64,000 bases of DNA from an uncultured Gemmatimonadaceae bacterium. GTDB taxonomy: Bacteria > Gemmatimonadota > Gemmatimonadetes > Gemmatimonadales > Gemmatimonadaceae. The stretch is from contig CAWAGQ010000004.1 in NCBI GenBank assembly GCA_963781585.1, forward strand, positions 448,001 to 512,000, given 5' to 3'. The position numbers and the translations under genes are program-made. The stretch's first letter is position 1, and every line of letters begins with the position of its first letter. This document shows, piece by piece, positions 44,100 to 55,654 of the stretch. The notes below the pieces were generated by a model. The model had not been told where the DNA came from. It searched no databases and saw only the letters and a program-made list of their open reading frames with translations.

Positions 44100-44846
44100 T
44101 GGGGCGGGGCGTGCCACGCGAGCGGGTCCCGGGTTTTGCAGAGATCGGCCTGGTGGCGTTCACCACGCAGCGCGAGGCCGGGGACTTCGGACTGGGGGGC
44201 GAGGAGGCGGTGGGGGAAGTCCTGGGCCGATGGTGGGGTCTGCTGGAGGAGCTGGCGCCGATAACTGATCGCCTGGCAACGAGCCACCAGGTGCACGGCA
44301 CCCGGATCGACGTGCACGACGGCGACTGGCACGGCTGGCTCCGCGGTCTGCGCGCAGATGGTCATGCATCGTTCGCGCGCAGCACCGCAATGGCGGTCAC
44401 GCTCGCCGACTGTGTTCCGGTGTTCATCGGGCACCCGTCGGGCGCGGCGGCGTTGCTGCACTCCGGGTGGCGGGGAACTGCTGCGTCGATCGTCCGGTGC
44501 GGCGTGGCTGAATTCACGGCGCGCGGGCTTGCGCCGCGGGACCTGACGGTCCACCTCGGCCCCGCCATCTGCGGGCGGTGCTATGAGGTCGGGCCCGACG
44601 TCTACGCGCGGCTCACCGGAAGGCGAGTCGAGCGTCCCACGCCGGTGGACCTGCGCGCCATCATCGCGCGGCATGCTCGAAGACGCAGGTGTCCACAGTA
44701 TTACCGTAGCGGACACGTGCACGAAATGCAGCAACGCCCGCTTCTTCTCTCATCGTGCTGGCGATGCGGGCCGGCAGTTGGCGGTCCTCACCTCACACGT
44801 CGCGGCACCGGGCGGTTTCCTTGACTCGCTTGCCGGCGATCTCTAG
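44096..44846 (+). pseudogene. pgeF: PgeF/YfiH (laccase-like purine nucleoside phosphorylase), frameshifted near 44681
   Basis: QVHG, ADC, HSGWRG, GPAICG.CYEVG in one frame; the conserved CT.C...FFSHR...GRQ tail is in the +1 frame; could be a sequencing error. Confidence 0.75.
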
Positions 44847-44849
44847 ATT
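44821..44849 (+). promoter_or_regulatory. Sigma70-type promoter of rimP-nusA-infB
   Basis: TTGACT-N17-TAGATT. Confidence 0.7.
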
Positions 44850-44882
44850 CACCGTTGCTGCGCCACTTACGAGGTGCACTGC

Positions 44883-44913
44883 AAATGTGGGGGAAGGGTC
44901 CCCACATTTTTTT
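44883..44913 (+). terminator. Leader terminator/attenuator upstream of rimP
   Basis: AAATGTGGGG-GAAGGGT-CCCCACATTT with a T7 run, between the promoter and the rimP start. Confidence 0.8.
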
Positions 44914-44939
44914 GTTCTTAGGGGTAACCTCGACACAAC

Positions 44940-45404
44940 ATGAAGCAAGCTCTGGAAGAGCTTATAAAGCATGAAGTTGAGGCGCTCGGTTACGATCTTG
45001 TCGAGCTTCGGCGGGTCGGCACCGCGCGACGTCCGCTCGTTGACGTGCGCATCGATCGGCGGGACGGGACGAACGTGTCGGTCGACGACTGCGCAACCGT
45101 GTCTCGTCATCTCGAGCCGCGGCTCGAGGAGGCAGGACTCGGGGATCTGCACTATGTGCTGGAGGTGTCTTCGCCGGGCGTTGAACGACCGTTGCGCTCG
45201 CTGGCCGACTGGCAGCGATTCTCCGGACGTACGGCGTCAGTGCTGAGTCCCGCGCTTGGCGGGCGGGCCGAGGTTGAGGTGCTCGGCGCGGATCCGCTTA
45301 CCGAAGCGGACGTGGTAGTGATGCGCGACAAGAAGGGGTTCGAACACCGCGTTCCGCTGGCCGATGTGAAGGACGCGCGACTCGTATTCCGCTGGGGCAA
45401 GTAG
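44940..45404 (+). CDS. rimP: Ribosome maturation factor RimP
   Basis: VSVDDC..VSR, LEVSSPG.ERPL. Confidence 0.95.
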   Translation: MKQALEELIKHEVEALGYDLVELRRVGTARRPLVDVRIDRRDGTNVSVDDCATVSRHLEPRLEEAGLGDLHYVLEVSSPGVERPLRSLADWQRFSGRTASVLSPALGGRAEVEVLGADPLTEADVVVMRDKKGFEHRVPLADVKDARLVFRWGK

Positions 45405-45415
45405 AGGAACATGGA

Positions 45416-46774
45416 ATGATCGGTTCGGCTGACATACTGAGCGCCATTCGCGAGCTCTCGAATTCCAAGCAGCTCGATCGCACCGAGCTGCTCGGACTGC
45501 TGCAGGACGGCATCCACGCCGCACTGGCCAAGAAGCACGGGCCAAACGTCCAGGCGGAAGTCGACATCGATGAGCGCAGTGGCAACATCAACATCGTGTT
45601 GCTGAAGACCGTGGTCGAAGAAGTCACCGATCCCGGGCGCGAGATCTCTCTGGAGGAGGCGCGGTTCGAAGACCCCGATTTTCAGATCGGTGATCTGATG
45701 GAGATACCGGTCGACTTCGCCGAGTTCGGGCGCAGCGCCGTTCAGGCAGCCAAGCAACGCATCATTCAGCGGGTGCGAGAGGGGGAGCGGACGAAGATCC
45801 GGGACGAATTCTCGGGTCGTGTGGGCGAACTGCTCTCGGGCGAAGTTCAGCAGATCGAGCGCGGAAAGCTGGTGGTGATGCTGAACAAGTTTCGCGAAGC
45901 GGAAGCGATCATCCCGTACCGCGATCAGAATCACCGTGAGCATTTCCATCAGGGCGATCCAATCCGCGCGGTGCTGAAGCGGGTCGAGGAGACGCCGAAG
46001 GGGCCGCGGCTGATTCTGAGCCGGGGCGATCCGGCGTTCGTGCAGGCACTGTTCAAGCTGGAAGTGCCCGAGATGCAGCAGGGCATCGTGGAGATCCGGG
46101 CAGCCGCTCGAGAGGTGGGAAGCCGGACGAAGATCGCGGTCTTTTCGCGTGACGATTCCATCGATCCGGTGGGGGCGTGCGTGGGACTCAAGGGTTCGCG
46201 CGTGCAGGCGGTGGTGAACGAGCTGAACGGGGAGCGCATCGACATTGTGCCGTGGTCACCCGATCCGGAGCGTTTTGCCAAGCTGGCGCTGGCCCCGGCG
46301 CGCGTGGCGCGCGTCTTCAGCGACGCAGACAACAAGACCATCCAGGCCATCGTGGACGACGATCAGCTCTCGCTGGCGATCGGGCGCAATGGCCAGAATG
46401 TGCGACTCGCGTCTGAGCTCACCGGTTGGAAGATCGATTTGTACTCCAGCCGTGAGTGGCTGGAGCGCAGCGAAGGTCCGGTCTTTGCCCCACTGCCCGA
46501 AGAGGAGGACGTTGCGGCCGACGTCAAGCTGTCGGAAATCGAGGGACTGCCGACCGCGACGGTGGCGGTGCTCGAGGACGCCGGCTTTCAGACGCTCAAC
46601 GATATCATCGATCTGGAGCGGGATGATCTGCTCAAGTTGCCGGGCATCGCGCCGGAAGAAGCGGACCGCATCATGTCGATCATCGACGAGTTGACCGAAG
46701 AGGGCGAGCCGGAGTCGCAGGAGCAGAAGCCGGAGTCCGACGACGAGGGCGATGCGGTGGGGGCAGTTGCCTGA
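45416..46774 (+). CDS. nusA: Transcription termination factor NusA
   Basis: FGR.AVQAAKQ, S1/KH domains, DPVGACVG, SLAIGRNGQNVRLA. Confidence 0.97.
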   Translation: MIGSADILSAIRELSNSKQLDRTELLGLLQDGIHAALAKKHGPNVQAEVDIDERSGNINIVLLKTVVEEVTDPGREISLEEARFEDPDFQIGDLMEIPVDFAEFGRSAVQAAKQRIIQRVREGERTKIRDEFSGRVGELLSGEVQQIERGKLVVMLNKFREAEAIIPYRDQNHREHFHQGDPIRAVLKRVEETPKGPRLILSRGDPAFVQALFKLEVPEMQQGIVEIRAAAREVGSRTKIAVFSRDDSIDPVGACVGLKGSRVQAVVNELNGERIDIVPWSPDPERFAKLALAPARVARVFSDADNKTIQAIVDDDQLSLAIGRNGQNVRLASELTGWKIDLYSSREWLERSEGPVFAPLPEEEDVAADVKLSEIEGLPTATVAVLEDAGFQTLNDIIDLERDDLLKLPGIAPEEADRIMSIIDELTEEGEPESQEQKPESDDEGDAVGAVA

Positions 46775-46775
46775 T

Positions 46776-47129
46776 ATGGATGTGACCCTCGAGCGCCGGA
46801 TGCTGGGATTGATCGGATTGGGGCTGCGGGCGCGGAACGCCGTGATCGGCGTGGAGCGGGTGCGGGAAGCCGCGCGCCGCGGGCGTCTGGCGTTGGTGGT
46901 GGTGGCGCCCGACGCGTCTCGGCACAGTCGGGCCAAGATGCTCCCGCTGCTGGCCGCGCGCCGGGTGCGGGTGATCGAGGGTCCGTCGCTGGCCTCGTTA
47001 GGCGCGGTCGCCGGCCGCGACGCGGCGGCCGCGATCGGGATTCTCGACCCGGCGCTGGCGCGCGGGATGCGGGATCTGGTTCAGGTAGATCGGCGCCGCC
47101 ACGACGGCGACGCCGCGAAGGGCCGCTAG
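46776..47129 (+). CDS. L7Ae/L30e/YlxQ-family RNA-binding protein
   Basis: LGLIGLG.RA...IG, VVVAPDAS; between nusA and infB. Confidence 0.85.
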   Translation: MDVTLERRMLGLIGLGLRARNAVIGVERVREAARRGRLALVVVAPDASRHSRAKMLPLLAARRVRVIEGPSLASLGAVAGRDAAAAIGILDPALARGMRDLVQVDRRRHDGDAAKGR

Positions 47130-47138
47130 GAGGATCTG

Positions 47139-49829
47139 TTGAGCAAGCTTCGCGTCAACGACATGGCTGGCGAGTTCGGGATTCCGTCGGAGGACGTCAT
47201 CAACCTCCTCCGGCAGATGGACGTCGCCGTACGCAGTCACCTGACCGTCCTCACGGACGATCAGGTGGCGCGTGTGCGCGCACGCTGGGAGAAGGAGAAG
47301 CGACTGCGCCAACAGGAGAAGCCAGCGAGTGCACCGTCGCGACGACGGCGTACGGTTGCCGCGACCAGTCCGTCCCCTTCCAGCGAGGGCGCGGCTGCGC
47401 CCGCCGTTCGCCGGCGCCGCCGCCCTGCCGCGGAGGCTCCACCGGTCGAGGAGGTGGAGGCGCAGGTGTCGATCGCGACCGAGGAGCAGGAGACAGAGGC
47501 GCCCGACGCAGCGGCCGCACCGCCGGTTGCCGAGCCGGAGGCGTCCGAGGCACCCGTTGTGGCCGTACCCGAACCGCCCACCGACGTCGCGGTCGAAACC
47601 GCGGAGCCGGTTGTCCAAGCCGAGCCGCCGGCCGAAGTGCCCCGGCGGCGCCCTCCTCCGTCCGCGGGATCCCCGCGGCCACCCGCTCTGGAACGTCCAC
47701 GGCCGCGCCCGGTCGTGCCAGGCGCCCCGCGTCCCAAGCCCGTGGCCAGCGCCAGTCCCTTCCACCCACCTCGCCCCGTTGCGTCTGCGACTCCGGGTGG
47801 CGGCGTCGGCATGCCCACCCGTCGGGAAGAGCGCAAGGGCGGTGGTGGGGCGGGAACCATGCAGCCCTCCCAACGGAGGAAGAAGGGCAAGCGAGGTGCG
47901 GTCGACCAGGAAGAGGTGACCGCGAACATCAAGCGCGTTACGACATCGATGCGTGGTGCACCCACCCGGCGCGGACCGCGACGCCCGGAGGAATCGCGCG
48001 AGGATATGGAGGCGCAGCGCCTCGCCGACCAGGAGCGCGAGCGCAAGACAGTGCGGGTCAACGAATTCATCACGGTCGCGGAGCTCGCTGACATCCTGAA
48101 GGTGCCGCCTACGCAGATCGTGGCCTTCGCGTTCAAGAACCTCGGCCTGATGGTCACCATCAACCAGCGACTGGATTTCGACCAGATCGAGCTGATCGCG
48201 AGTGAATTCGGCTTCCAGGCGGTTCGGGAGGAGGAATACGCCGCCGACATGACGGAGGAGGTGGTCGAGGACCGCCCCGACGAGCTGTCGCCGCGCCCGC
48301 CGGTCGTCACCATCATGGGGCACGTCGATCACGGCAAGACGACCCTGCTCGACTACGTCCGCAAGTCGAGCGTGGTCGCCGGCGAGGCGGGTGGCATTAC
48401 CCAGCACATCGGCGCCTATCACGTCACCCTGCCTAACAACAAGCGGATCACGTTTCTCGACACCCCGGGACACGAAGCGTTCACGGCCATGCGGGCACGC
48501 GGCGCACAGGTCACCGACATCGTCGTCCTGGTGGTTGCCGCCAATGACTCGGTGATGCCGCAGACGGTCGAGGCGATTTCTCACGCCAGGAACGCCGGCG
48601 TACCCCTCATCGTCGCCGTCAACAAGATCGATCTCCCGGATGCGAATCCGACGAAGGTCATGCAGGATCTGCTGACCCAGGGCGTCGTGCTGGAGATGTT
48701 CGGCGGGCAGACACTGTCTACGCCGGTCTCGGCGAAGAAGGGCACGAACGTCTCCGAGCTGCTCGACCAGCTCCTGCTCCAGGCCGAGGTGCTCGATCTC
48801 AAGGCGAATCCGAACCGCCGCGCCGTGGGCACGGTCGTCGAGGCCCAGCTCGACGCCGGCAAGGGACCAGTGGCCACCGTGCTGGTGCAGAACGGTACCC
48901 TGCACGTCGGCGACGACTTCATCAGTGGGCTGTACTCCGGGCGTGTGCGGGCCCTGCTCGATGAACGCGGCAAGCCGGTCAAGGAGGCGGGGCCGGCGAT
49001 TCCCGTGCAGGTGCTCGGGCTGGCCGGCGTGCCAACCGCCGGCGACCAGTTCCTCGTTGTCGACGACGCCACGCAGGCGCGGGAGATCGCGCAGCGTCGC
49101 GAACGCCTGGATCGCGAGGCGAAGAGCCGGCGCACCAGCAAGAGCGCCGTCACGCTCGAAGACTTCATGTCGCAGACCGAGGCGGGTGAGACCCGCACGC
49201 TGCGCATTCTCATCAAGGCCGACCAGGGCGGTCCCGCCGAAGCCCTGGCCGATGCGCTCGCTCAGTTGTCGACCGCCGAGGTGGCGGTCGAGGTGATCCA
49301 TCGCGGTGTCGGCGCCATCACGGAGAGCGACATTCTGCTGGCGCGGGCGTCCGGCGCCGTGATCATCGGGTTCCACGTGCGACCGGACAACAACGCACGC
49401 ACGGCCGCCGAGCGTGAAGGCGTCGACATCAAGTTGTATCGCGTGATCTATGACGCCGTGAACGACGTGCGGGCCGCGCTCGAAGGACTGCTCCGTCCGG
49501 AAGAGCGCGAAGTGATTCTGGGGGAGGCCGAGGTGCGGGACACGTTCAAGGTGTCTCGCGTGGGGACAGTGGCAGGCTGCTACGTTCGCAGCGGCGTGAT
49601 CAACCGTCAGGCGCGTGCCCGGGTCATTCGAGATGGCTCGGAGGTGTACGCCGGCTCCATCGCCTCGCTGCGCCGATTCAAGGACGACGTTCGCGAAGTC
49701 AAGGAAGGGTACGAATGCGGCGTCGGGATCGAAAACTTCAACGACATCAAGGTCGGTGACGTGATCGAGTGCTACCGCAAGGAGGAGGTGGCGCGAACGC
49801 TCCAGCCGGAAGCACAGCCCGGCCGGTAG
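47139..49829 (+). CDS. infB: Translation initiation factor IF-2
   Basis: [36 protein letters not shown] before TTG. Confidence 0.98.
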   Translation: MSKLRVNDMAGEFGIPSEDVINLLRQMDVAVRSHLTVLTDDQVARVRARWEKEKRLRQQEKPASAPSRRRRTVAATSPSPSSEGAAAPAVRRRRRPAAEAPPVEEVEAQVSIATEEQETEAPDAAAAPPVAEPEASEAPVVAVPEPPTDVAVETAEPVVQAEPPAEVPRRRPPPSAGSPRPPALERPRPRPVVPGAPRPKPVASASPFHPPRPVASATPGGGVGMPTRREERKGGGGAGTMQPSQRRKKGKRGAVDQEEVTANIKRVTTSMRGAPTRRGPRRPEESREDMEAQRLADQERERKTVRVNEFITVAELADILKVPPTQIVAFAFKNLGLMVTINQRLDFDQIELIASEFGFQAVREEEYAADMTEEVVEDRPDELSPRPPVVTIMGHVDHGKTTLLDYVRKSSVVAGEAGGITQHIGAYHVTLPNNKRITFLDTPGHEAFTAMRARGAQVTDIVVLVVAANDSVMPQTVEAISHARNAGVPLIVAVNKIDLPDANPTKVMQDLLTQGVVLEMFGGQTLSTPVSAKKGTNVSELLDQLLLQAEVLDLKANPNRRAVGTVVEAQLDAGKGPVATVLVQNGTLHVGDDFISGLYSGRVRALLDERGKPVKEAGPAIPVQVLGLAGVPTAGDQFLVVDDATQAREIAQRRERLDREAKSRRTSKSAVTLEDFMSQTEAGETRTLRILIKADQGGPAEALADALAQLSTAEVAVEVIHRGVGAITESDILLARASGAVIIGFHVRPDNNARTAAEREGVDIKLYRVIYDAVNDVRAALEGLLRPEEREVILGEAEVRDTFKVSRVGTVAGCYVRSGVINRQARARVIRDGSEVYAGSIASLRRFKDDVREVKEGYECGVGIENFNDIKVGDVIECYRKEEVARTLQPEAQPGR

Positions 49830-49890
49830 GAGCGCCGAGCGTCCTGTTCCGTGGCCCGATCCAACTCCCCCCAGAAACTCCGGCACTGGC

Positions 49891-50274
49891 TTGTCTTCTT
49901 CCCGCCGTACTGAACGCGTGGCGGAGGTCATTCGCGAGGAAGTGGCCACGTTCCTCGCCGAAAGCGTGAAGGACCCGCGCATTCAGGGTCTCGTCACGGT
50001 CACTGCCGTGAACGTGACACGCGATCTGCGCCACGCCCGCGTCTTCGTGAGCGTGATGGGGACGGACGAGCAGCGGTCCGCCACCATGGAGGGGCTGGCT
50101 TCGGTCGCAACCCACCTGCGCGGTCGATTGGGACGCAGCATGCACTTGCGCGTCGCGCCGATGATCGATTTTGCCAGCGATCCCAGTGTGGCCCATGCGG
50201 CCCGCATCGAGTCGCTGCTGTCGCAGATCAGATCCGCCGATGCACCCGACCGAAATGCCGGCCACGAGGACTGA
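49891..50274 (+). CDS. rbfA: Ribosome-binding factor A
   Basis: RVAE.IR.E, KDPR, VT.V..TRDL..A.V, LR.AP. Confidence 0.93.
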   Translation: MSSSRRTERVAEVIREEVATFLAESVKDPRIQGLVTVTAVNVTRDLRHARVFVSVMGTDEQRSATMEGLASVATHLRGRLGRSMHLRVAPMIDFASDPSVAHAARIESLLSQIRSADAPDRNAGHED

Positions 50275-51130
50275 TGGTTTTCTGCTGGTCGACAAGCCGC
50301 GCGGACTCACGTCGCAAGGCGCAGTTACCGGCGTGCGCCGGGCGCTTGGCGCCACGCGCGCCGGACACACCGGTACGCTCGACCCGGAAGCCACCGGATT
50401 GCTCGTGATTCTGGTCGGGAGCGCGACGCGTCTGGCCCGCTTCGTTCCCTCCAGCGACAAGGTCTACGAGGCCGAGATCCGATTCGGATTCGAAACCGAC
50501 ACCGACGACGCGGCGGGGACTCCGACCGTGAGCGCCCCTCTTCCTGATGACCAGGCGGTCTACCAGGCGATACCGCGGCTTGCCGGTCGTATTCGCCAGG
50601 TACCTCCGTCGTTCTCGGCCAAGCACGTCGAGGGACGCCGTGCGTACGCGATGGCGCGAGCCGGCCAGGCCGTAACACTCGAATCCGCCGACGTGGACGT
50701 GCGCAGTTGGGACGTCCTTGCCCACCAGGGGGAGCGATGGCGCGTGCGCATCGCCTGTGGCGCTGGAACGTATGTGCGGGCGCTGGCCCGTGACCTCGGA
50801 CGCTACGCGGGGTCGGCCGCGCACCTGGCCGCGCTCCGGCGGACACGCATTGGTCCGTTCGGGCTGGAGCATGCCATTCCGCTGGATGAGGTGCACGAAG
50901 GAACCGAGCCGGAACCGCCTCTCGGGGCCCTGGTCGGCATGCCCCGCGTCGTCGTGAGTGGCGACGCAGCGGATCGGATTCGCAGCGGCGGAATGATCGA
51001 CGCGGCCGATTCTGCACCCGACGATCTCGCCGTGGTTGCCGCGCTGGTCGATGAGCACGGGGACCTGCTGGCGGTGGCGGAACGAAGCCAGGGATCGTGG
51101 CAGCCCAGAGTGGTGCTTGCGCATGTCTGA
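50240..51130 (+). CDS. truB: tRNA pseudouridine(55) synthase
   Basis: DKP.G.TS, GHTGTLDP.ATG, QVPP.FSA, GTYVRALA.D; start 50240 or 50255. Confidence 0.94.
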   Translation: MHPTEMPATRTDGFLLVDKPRGLTSQGAVTGVRRALGATRAGHTGTLDPEATGLLVILVGSATRLARFVPSSDKVYEAEIRFGFETDTDDAAGTPTVSAPLPDDQAVYQAIPRLAGRIRQVPPSFSAKHVEGRRAYAMARAGQAVTLESADVDVRSWDVLAHQGERWRVRIACGAGTYVRALARDLGRYAGSAAHLAALRRTRIGPFGLEHAIPLDEVHEGTEPEPPLGALVGMPRVVVSGDAADRIRSGGMIDAADSAPDDLAVVAALVDEHGDLLAVAERSQGSWQPRVVLAHV

Positions 51131-52064
51131 CGCCTTCGGAGATGCATCAGGTCTGCCACCTGACGTACGTCGCACCGCGCTCACGGTGGGGACGTTCGAC
51201 GGCGTCCACCTCGGGCATCAGGATGTGCTGCGACGACTCGTGGAACGGGCGCGGACGCTCGATGTCCGCAGCATTCTCGTCACGTTCGAGCCGCATCCGC
51301 TCGAAGTCGTGAATCCGGCGGCGGCGCCGCCGCTCCTGTCGGTCGGTGACGAGCGCACCGAGCTCTTCGCGGAGAGCGGCGTCGACTACGTGGCGATCGT
51401 GCCGTTCACGATGGCGCTCGCGCGGTTCGAGCCGGATCGCTTCGTCGATGAGGTTCTGTTGGGTCGGTTCCGCATGCACGATCTGCTGATCGGTTACGAT
51501 CACGGCCTCGGGCGCAATCGTGCTGGCGACGTCGATACGCTGCGCGCGCTCGGAGTGTCACGCGGCTTCGACGTCAGCGTTGTGCCGGCCGTCGCGTCGC
51601 CCGCCGGCCAACCGGTTTCGTCCACCGCGATCCGACGCGCGATTGCCGGCGGAGATCTGGAGCGCGCGGCACTCGGCCTCGGCCGGCCCTACTCGGTGGG
51701 CGGCCGGGTGACTCGCGGAGAGAGTCGCGGCCGGCTGCTTGGCTTTCCCACGATCAACGTGCCGCTCCCATCTCCGCGAAAGCTCCTTCCACCGCAAGGG
51801 GTGTACGTTGTGCGTGTGCAGACTCCTCGGGGCCCATTCGGGGGAATGATGAATCTTGGTCCGCGTCCCACCTTCTCCGACACCAACGTAGCGCTTGAAG
51901 CGCACCTGTTTGGCGCGCACGGCGAGCTGTATGGCGCTCGCGTGCGCATCGATTTCCTACGTCGCCTCCGTGACACCGTACGGTTCCACGACGCCAGGGC
52001 GCTCACCCGGCAGCTCGAGCGGGATGCGGAGATGGCGCGCGAGGTATTGTCTGCAACCGCTTGA
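51123..52064 (+). CDS. ribF: Bifunctional riboflavin kinase / FAD synthetase
   Basis: GTFDGVHLGH, SST.IR, GR.LGFPT.N, G.RPT, LEAH. Confidence 0.95.
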   Translation: MSDAFGDASGLPPDVRRTALTVGTFDGVHLGHQDVLRRLVERARTLDVRSILVTFEPHPLEVVNPAAAPPLLSVGDERTELFAESGVDYVAIVPFTMALARFEPDRFVDEVLLGRFRMHDLLIGYDHGLGRNRAGDVDTLRALGVSRGFDVSVVPAVASPAGQPVSSTAIRRAIAGGDLERAALGLGRPYSVGGRVTRGESRGRLLGFPTINVPLPSPRKLLPPQGVYVVRVQTPRGPFGGMMNLGPRPTFSDTNVALEAHLFGAHGELYGARVRIDFLRRLRDTVRFHDARALTRQLERDAEMAREVLSATA

Positions 52065-52081
52065 GCCACGGCAATTTGCGG

Positions 52082-52110
52082 TTGACTCTGTCTACCCGAA
52101 GGTCTAACGT
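52082..52110 (+). promoter_or_regulatory. Sigma70-type promoter of secDF
   Basis: TTGACT-N17-TAACGT. Confidence 0.55.
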
Positions 52111-52151
52111 TCACCGCTGGCAAATTCTCCCCGTTTTCGCGATTCGACCGC

Positions 52152-53819
52152 ATGTCCAGTTTGAAGGCCCGCATGTTCGTGATCGTCGCGCTCGTGGCGG
52201 CTTCGGTGTGGGCGCTATTCCCACGCACCGTTGTTGAGCGCGTCAAGCGCAACGGCGTATTCACCTACGACACCCTCAAGCGCGTCCCGCTGAAGCGGGG
52301 ACTCGACCTGCAGGGCGGGATGTACCTCGCTCTTGAAGTCGATGCATCGAAAATGTCCGTCGCCAACGCGAGCGACGCCCTTGATCGAGCATTGAAGGTG
52401 GTCCGCACCAGAATCGACGAGTTCGGCGTAGCGGAACCCGTCGTCCAGAAGGTCGGAAGCGACCGCCTGATCGTGGAGCTGCCCGGAGTGGACGACCCGC
52501 AGCGTGCCGAGCAGGTCGTGCAGAAGACGGCATTCCTGCAATTCATGATCACCGACAAGTCGCAGGCGCTCGACAAGACGCTTCCGCGTCTTGATCAGAT
52601 CGTGCGCGAGCAGGGAGCGGTGGCGCCCGGCACCGCCGACACCACCAAGGGCGCTCCGGCGCAGAACGCCGGACTGCAGCAGCTCTTTGCCAAGAAGGAT
52701 TCGGCGGTCGAGAAGACCGATAGCACGAAGAAGGACTCGTCGAGCCTGGCCGGACTGGAGAAGGGCGGGGGGCCGCTGTCGAAGATCATCCAGCAATCGG
52801 GGATGATGCCGGGTGAGTACCTCGTGAGCGAGCAGGATGCGCAGAAGGCGGAGTACTGGTTATCGCTGCCGGCCGTGCAGTCGGCATTGCCACCCGGGAA
52901 GGTCATCCGGTGGGGGAACGACACGCTGTCGTTCGGCGGACAGGTCTATCGCCCGTTCTACGTCGTGGATGCGCGCCCCATCATCACGGGCGATGCGCTG
53001 CAGGACGCGAAGCCGAACAACAATCCGATCGAGGGGACCATCGTCGAGTTCACGCTGAGCAACGTGGGGGGACGGAAGTTCCGGACCGAGACGTCGAAGC
53101 ATATCCAGGACTACATGGCGATTGTGCTCGACGACAAGGTCATGGGGCGGCCACCGGTGATTCAGGGTGCCATCGGGACGCATGGCCAGATCACCATGGG
53201 GCGCCGCGATCTGCAGGAAGCGCAGGACCTGGCGCTTGTGCTGCGCGCGGGGTCGCTGCCCGTGCCATTGAGGATCGCGGATCTGCGAAGCATCGGCGCG
53301 AGTCTGGGGGCGGACTCGATCGCCAAGGGCGAGCGGGCGATGCTCATCGCGGTCCTGGTGGTGATCACGATCATGCTTGTGTACTACCGGTTCTCCGGCC
53401 TTCTGGCAGTGGGCGCGCTCTCGTTGTACATGCTCTTTACCCTGGCTGTGCTGGCCGGCTTCAACGCTGTGCTCACGCTTCCGGGCATCGCGGGCCTGGT
53501 GCTGTCGGTCGGGATCGCGGTGGACGCGAACGTGCTGATCTTCGAGCGCATTCGCGAGGAACTGGACCGCGGTAAGACCGTCCGCACCTCGATCGACGAG
53601 GGATTCCGGCACGCCCTGTCCGCCATTATCGACACCAGCGTGACGACGATTCTGACTGCCGCGGTGCTGTATCAGTACGGCAGCGGTTCCGTGAAGGGAT
53701 TTGCGGTGACACTGATTGCCGGCATCTCGGCCTCGCTGTTCTGCGCGGTATTCGTGGTGCGCACGTTCTATCTCCTCTGGCTGACCCGCGCGAGCCGCGC
53801 GCAGACCCTGAGCATCTGA
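52152..53819 (+). CDS. secD: Protein translocase subunit SecD
   Basis: [46 protein letters not shown]. Confidence 0.97.
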   Translation: MSSLKARMFVIVALVAASVWALFPRTVVERVKRNGVFTYDTLKRVPLKRGLDLQGGMYLALEVDASKMSVANASDALDRALKVVRTRIDEFGVAEPVVQKVGSDRLIVELPGVDDPQRAEQVVQKTAFLQFMITDKSQALDKTLPRLDQIVREQGAVAPGTADTTKGAPAQNAGLQQLFAKKDSAVEKTDSTKKDSSSLAGLEKGGGPLSKIIQQSGMMPGEYLVSEQDAQKAEYWLSLPAVQSALPPGKVIRWGNDTLSFGGQVYRPFYVVDARPIITGDALQDAKPNNNPIEGTIVEFTLSNVGGRKFRTETSKHIQDYMAIVLDDKVMGRPPVIQGAIGTHGQITMGRRDLQEAQDLALVLRAGSLPVPLRIADLRSIGASLGADSIAKGERAMLIAVLVVITIMLVYYRFSGLLAVGALSLYMLFTLAVLAGFNAVLTLPGIAGLVLSVGIAVDANVLIFERIREELDRGKTVRTSIDEGFRHALSAIIDTSVTTILTAAVLYQYGSGSVKGFAVTLIAGISASLFCAVFVVRTFYLLWLTRASRAQTLSI

Positions 53820-54832
53820 TGCTGCGGATCCTTCACAACACATCGTACGATTTCATCAAGTGGTGGCGGTGGGCGGCGGGTCTCACTATCGCCTTCATTG
53901 TCATCGGCCTGAGCTCGTTCGTCGTCACCGGCAGCGTGAAGCGCAGCATCGAGTTCACCGGCGGAACGGTGGTGCAGCTCAAGTTCGACCAGCCACCCGA
54001 TCCGTCGGAACTCCGCTCGACGCTCGACCCGGTTGTGCCGGGCGCGGAGATCCAGCAGTTCGGCGATCCGCTGGACTACACCGTGCGCGCCCAGAATCTC
54101 ACCGCCGCGGACACCGTCACGTCCGCGGCTCAGGGCGTCGCGAACAGGGTCGAGACCGCGCTGCGACAGAAGTACGGAGCCGGCTTTCGGGTGGAGGGGC
54201 GCGAAGTGGTGGGACCGAAGGTCGGGAAGGAACTGACCCGCGACGCCATGATCGCGATGGTGCTGGCGGGCCTGGTGACACTCGTCTACCTGGCGTTCCG
54301 GTTCGAGTGGCGGTTCGGCGTGGCGGCCGTGCTTTCCACTCTCCACGACGTGCTCGTCACGCTCAGCTTTATCAAGCTCACCAATCTCGAAGTCTCGCTC
54401 ACCGTGGTGGCGGCGATCCTCACGCTGCTTGGTTACTCCGGGAACGACACCATCATCATCTTCGACCGGGTTCGTGAGAACCTGAAGAAGGTGCGCAAGG
54501 AACCGCTGTACGACACGCTCAATCGTTCGATCAACGAGACCCTGCCGCGGTCGATCCTCACCCACAGCACGACGCTGGCGGCCACCCTGGCCCTGCTCTT
54601 CTTCGCCGGCGAGGTGCTGCGGCCGTTTGCCGTGGTCATGACGTTCGGCGTGTTCGTGGCCACGTTCAGTTCGATCTATGTTGCGTCGCCCATCCTGCTG
54701 TACATCGAGCGACGTTTCCCCCGCGAGCCGGGGGGCAAGGCGAGCGTTTCCGCACGTAGCGCGCGCGCCGCGTCCGAGGTGGACTCACCCTCGCGCCCGC
54801 CCCGAAGCCAGAAGGAGCCCGCGACACGCTAG
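53819..54832 (+). CDS. secF: Protein translocase subunit SecF
   Basis: IEFTGGT, VGP.VG.EL, RFEW, GYS.NDTIIIFDR.REN. Confidence 0.97.
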   Translation: MLRILHNTSYDFIKWWRWAAGLTIAFIVIGLSSFVVTGSVKRSIEFTGGTVVQLKFDQPPDPSELRSTLDPVVPGAEIQQFGDPLDYTVRAQNLTAADTVTSAAQGVANRVETALRQKYGAGFRVEGREVVGPKVGKELTRDAMIAMVLAGLVTLVYLAFRFEWRFGVAAVLSTLHDVLVTLSFIKLTNLEVSLTVVAAILTLLGYSGNDTIIIFDRVRENLKKVRKEPLYDTLNRSINETLPRSILTHSTTLAATLALLFFAGEVLRPFAVVMTFGVFVATFSSIYVASPILLYIERRFPREPGGKASVSARSARAASEVDSPSRPPRSQKEPATR

Positions 54833-54859
54833 GGTGGACGCGCCGGCGACTGTACCACG

Positions 54860-55654
54860 TTGAGTCCGGTGTTCATCGACAGCCACACCCATCTCGCGGA
54901 CGCTGCCTTCGCTACCGACGTGGCGGACGTCATCGCGCGCGCACACGCCGCCGGCGCGCGGGCCCTGGTCTGCATCGGTGAGTCACCCGACGCTGCCGAT
55001 CGGTCCGTTCAACTCGTGCGCGCTTACCCTGGCCGGGTGTTTCACACCGCCGGAGTCCATCCGCACGATGCCGACCGCTTCGTAGCGGAACGTGATCTGC
55101 CCCGGCTGCGCCACCACCTTCACCTCGGCGCGGTGGCCGTCGGCGAGTGCGGGCTCGACTACTTCTACGACAGCGCGCCGCGTCAGCGACAGCGCGAGGT
55201 CCTCGCCGCTCAGGTCGCGCTGGCGGGGGAGCTGCGGCGGCCCCTGGTGGTGCACTCTCGTGAGGCAGTGAACGACACCATGGCCATGATCCGCGACGCG
55301 CAGACCGCCGGGGTACAAGGTGTTCTCCACTGCCATACGGGGCCACAGGCGCTGGCGGCCATCGCGCTGGAAGCGGGCTGGTACATCTCGTTCAGCGGGA
55401 TCGTGACGTTCGGTCGGTGGAGCGACGACGATCTCATTCGGTCGATTCCCGGTGATCGACTGCTGGTCGAGTCCGATGCGCCGTATCTCGCGCCGGTGCC
55501 GCATCGCGGGAAGCGCAACGAGCCGGCGCTCGTCACCTTCACGCTCGCGAAAGTGGCGCAGGTCCGTGGCGAAACCGTCGACGTGGTTGGGACGGCGACC
55601 ACCCAGAACACCATGCGCCTGTTTGGGCTGGCACTCGAAGGTACCTCTGCCTAG
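54860..55654 (+). CDS. tatD: TatD-family hydrolase
   Basis: DSHTH, GVHPH, VGECGLD, HSR, ESDAPYL. Confidence 0.92.
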   Translation: MSPVFIDSHTHLADAAFATDVADVIARAHAAGARALVCIGESPDAADRSVQLVRAYPGRVFHTAGVHPHDADRFVAERDLPRLRHHLHLGAVAVGECGLDYFYDSAPRQRQREVLAAQVALAGELRRPLVVHSREAVNDTMAMIRDAQTAGVQGVLHCHTGPQALAAIALEAGWYISFSGIVTFGRWSDDDLIRSIPGDRLLVESDAPYLAPVPHRGKRNEPALVTFTLAKVAQVRGETVDVVGTATTQNTMRLFGLALEGTSA

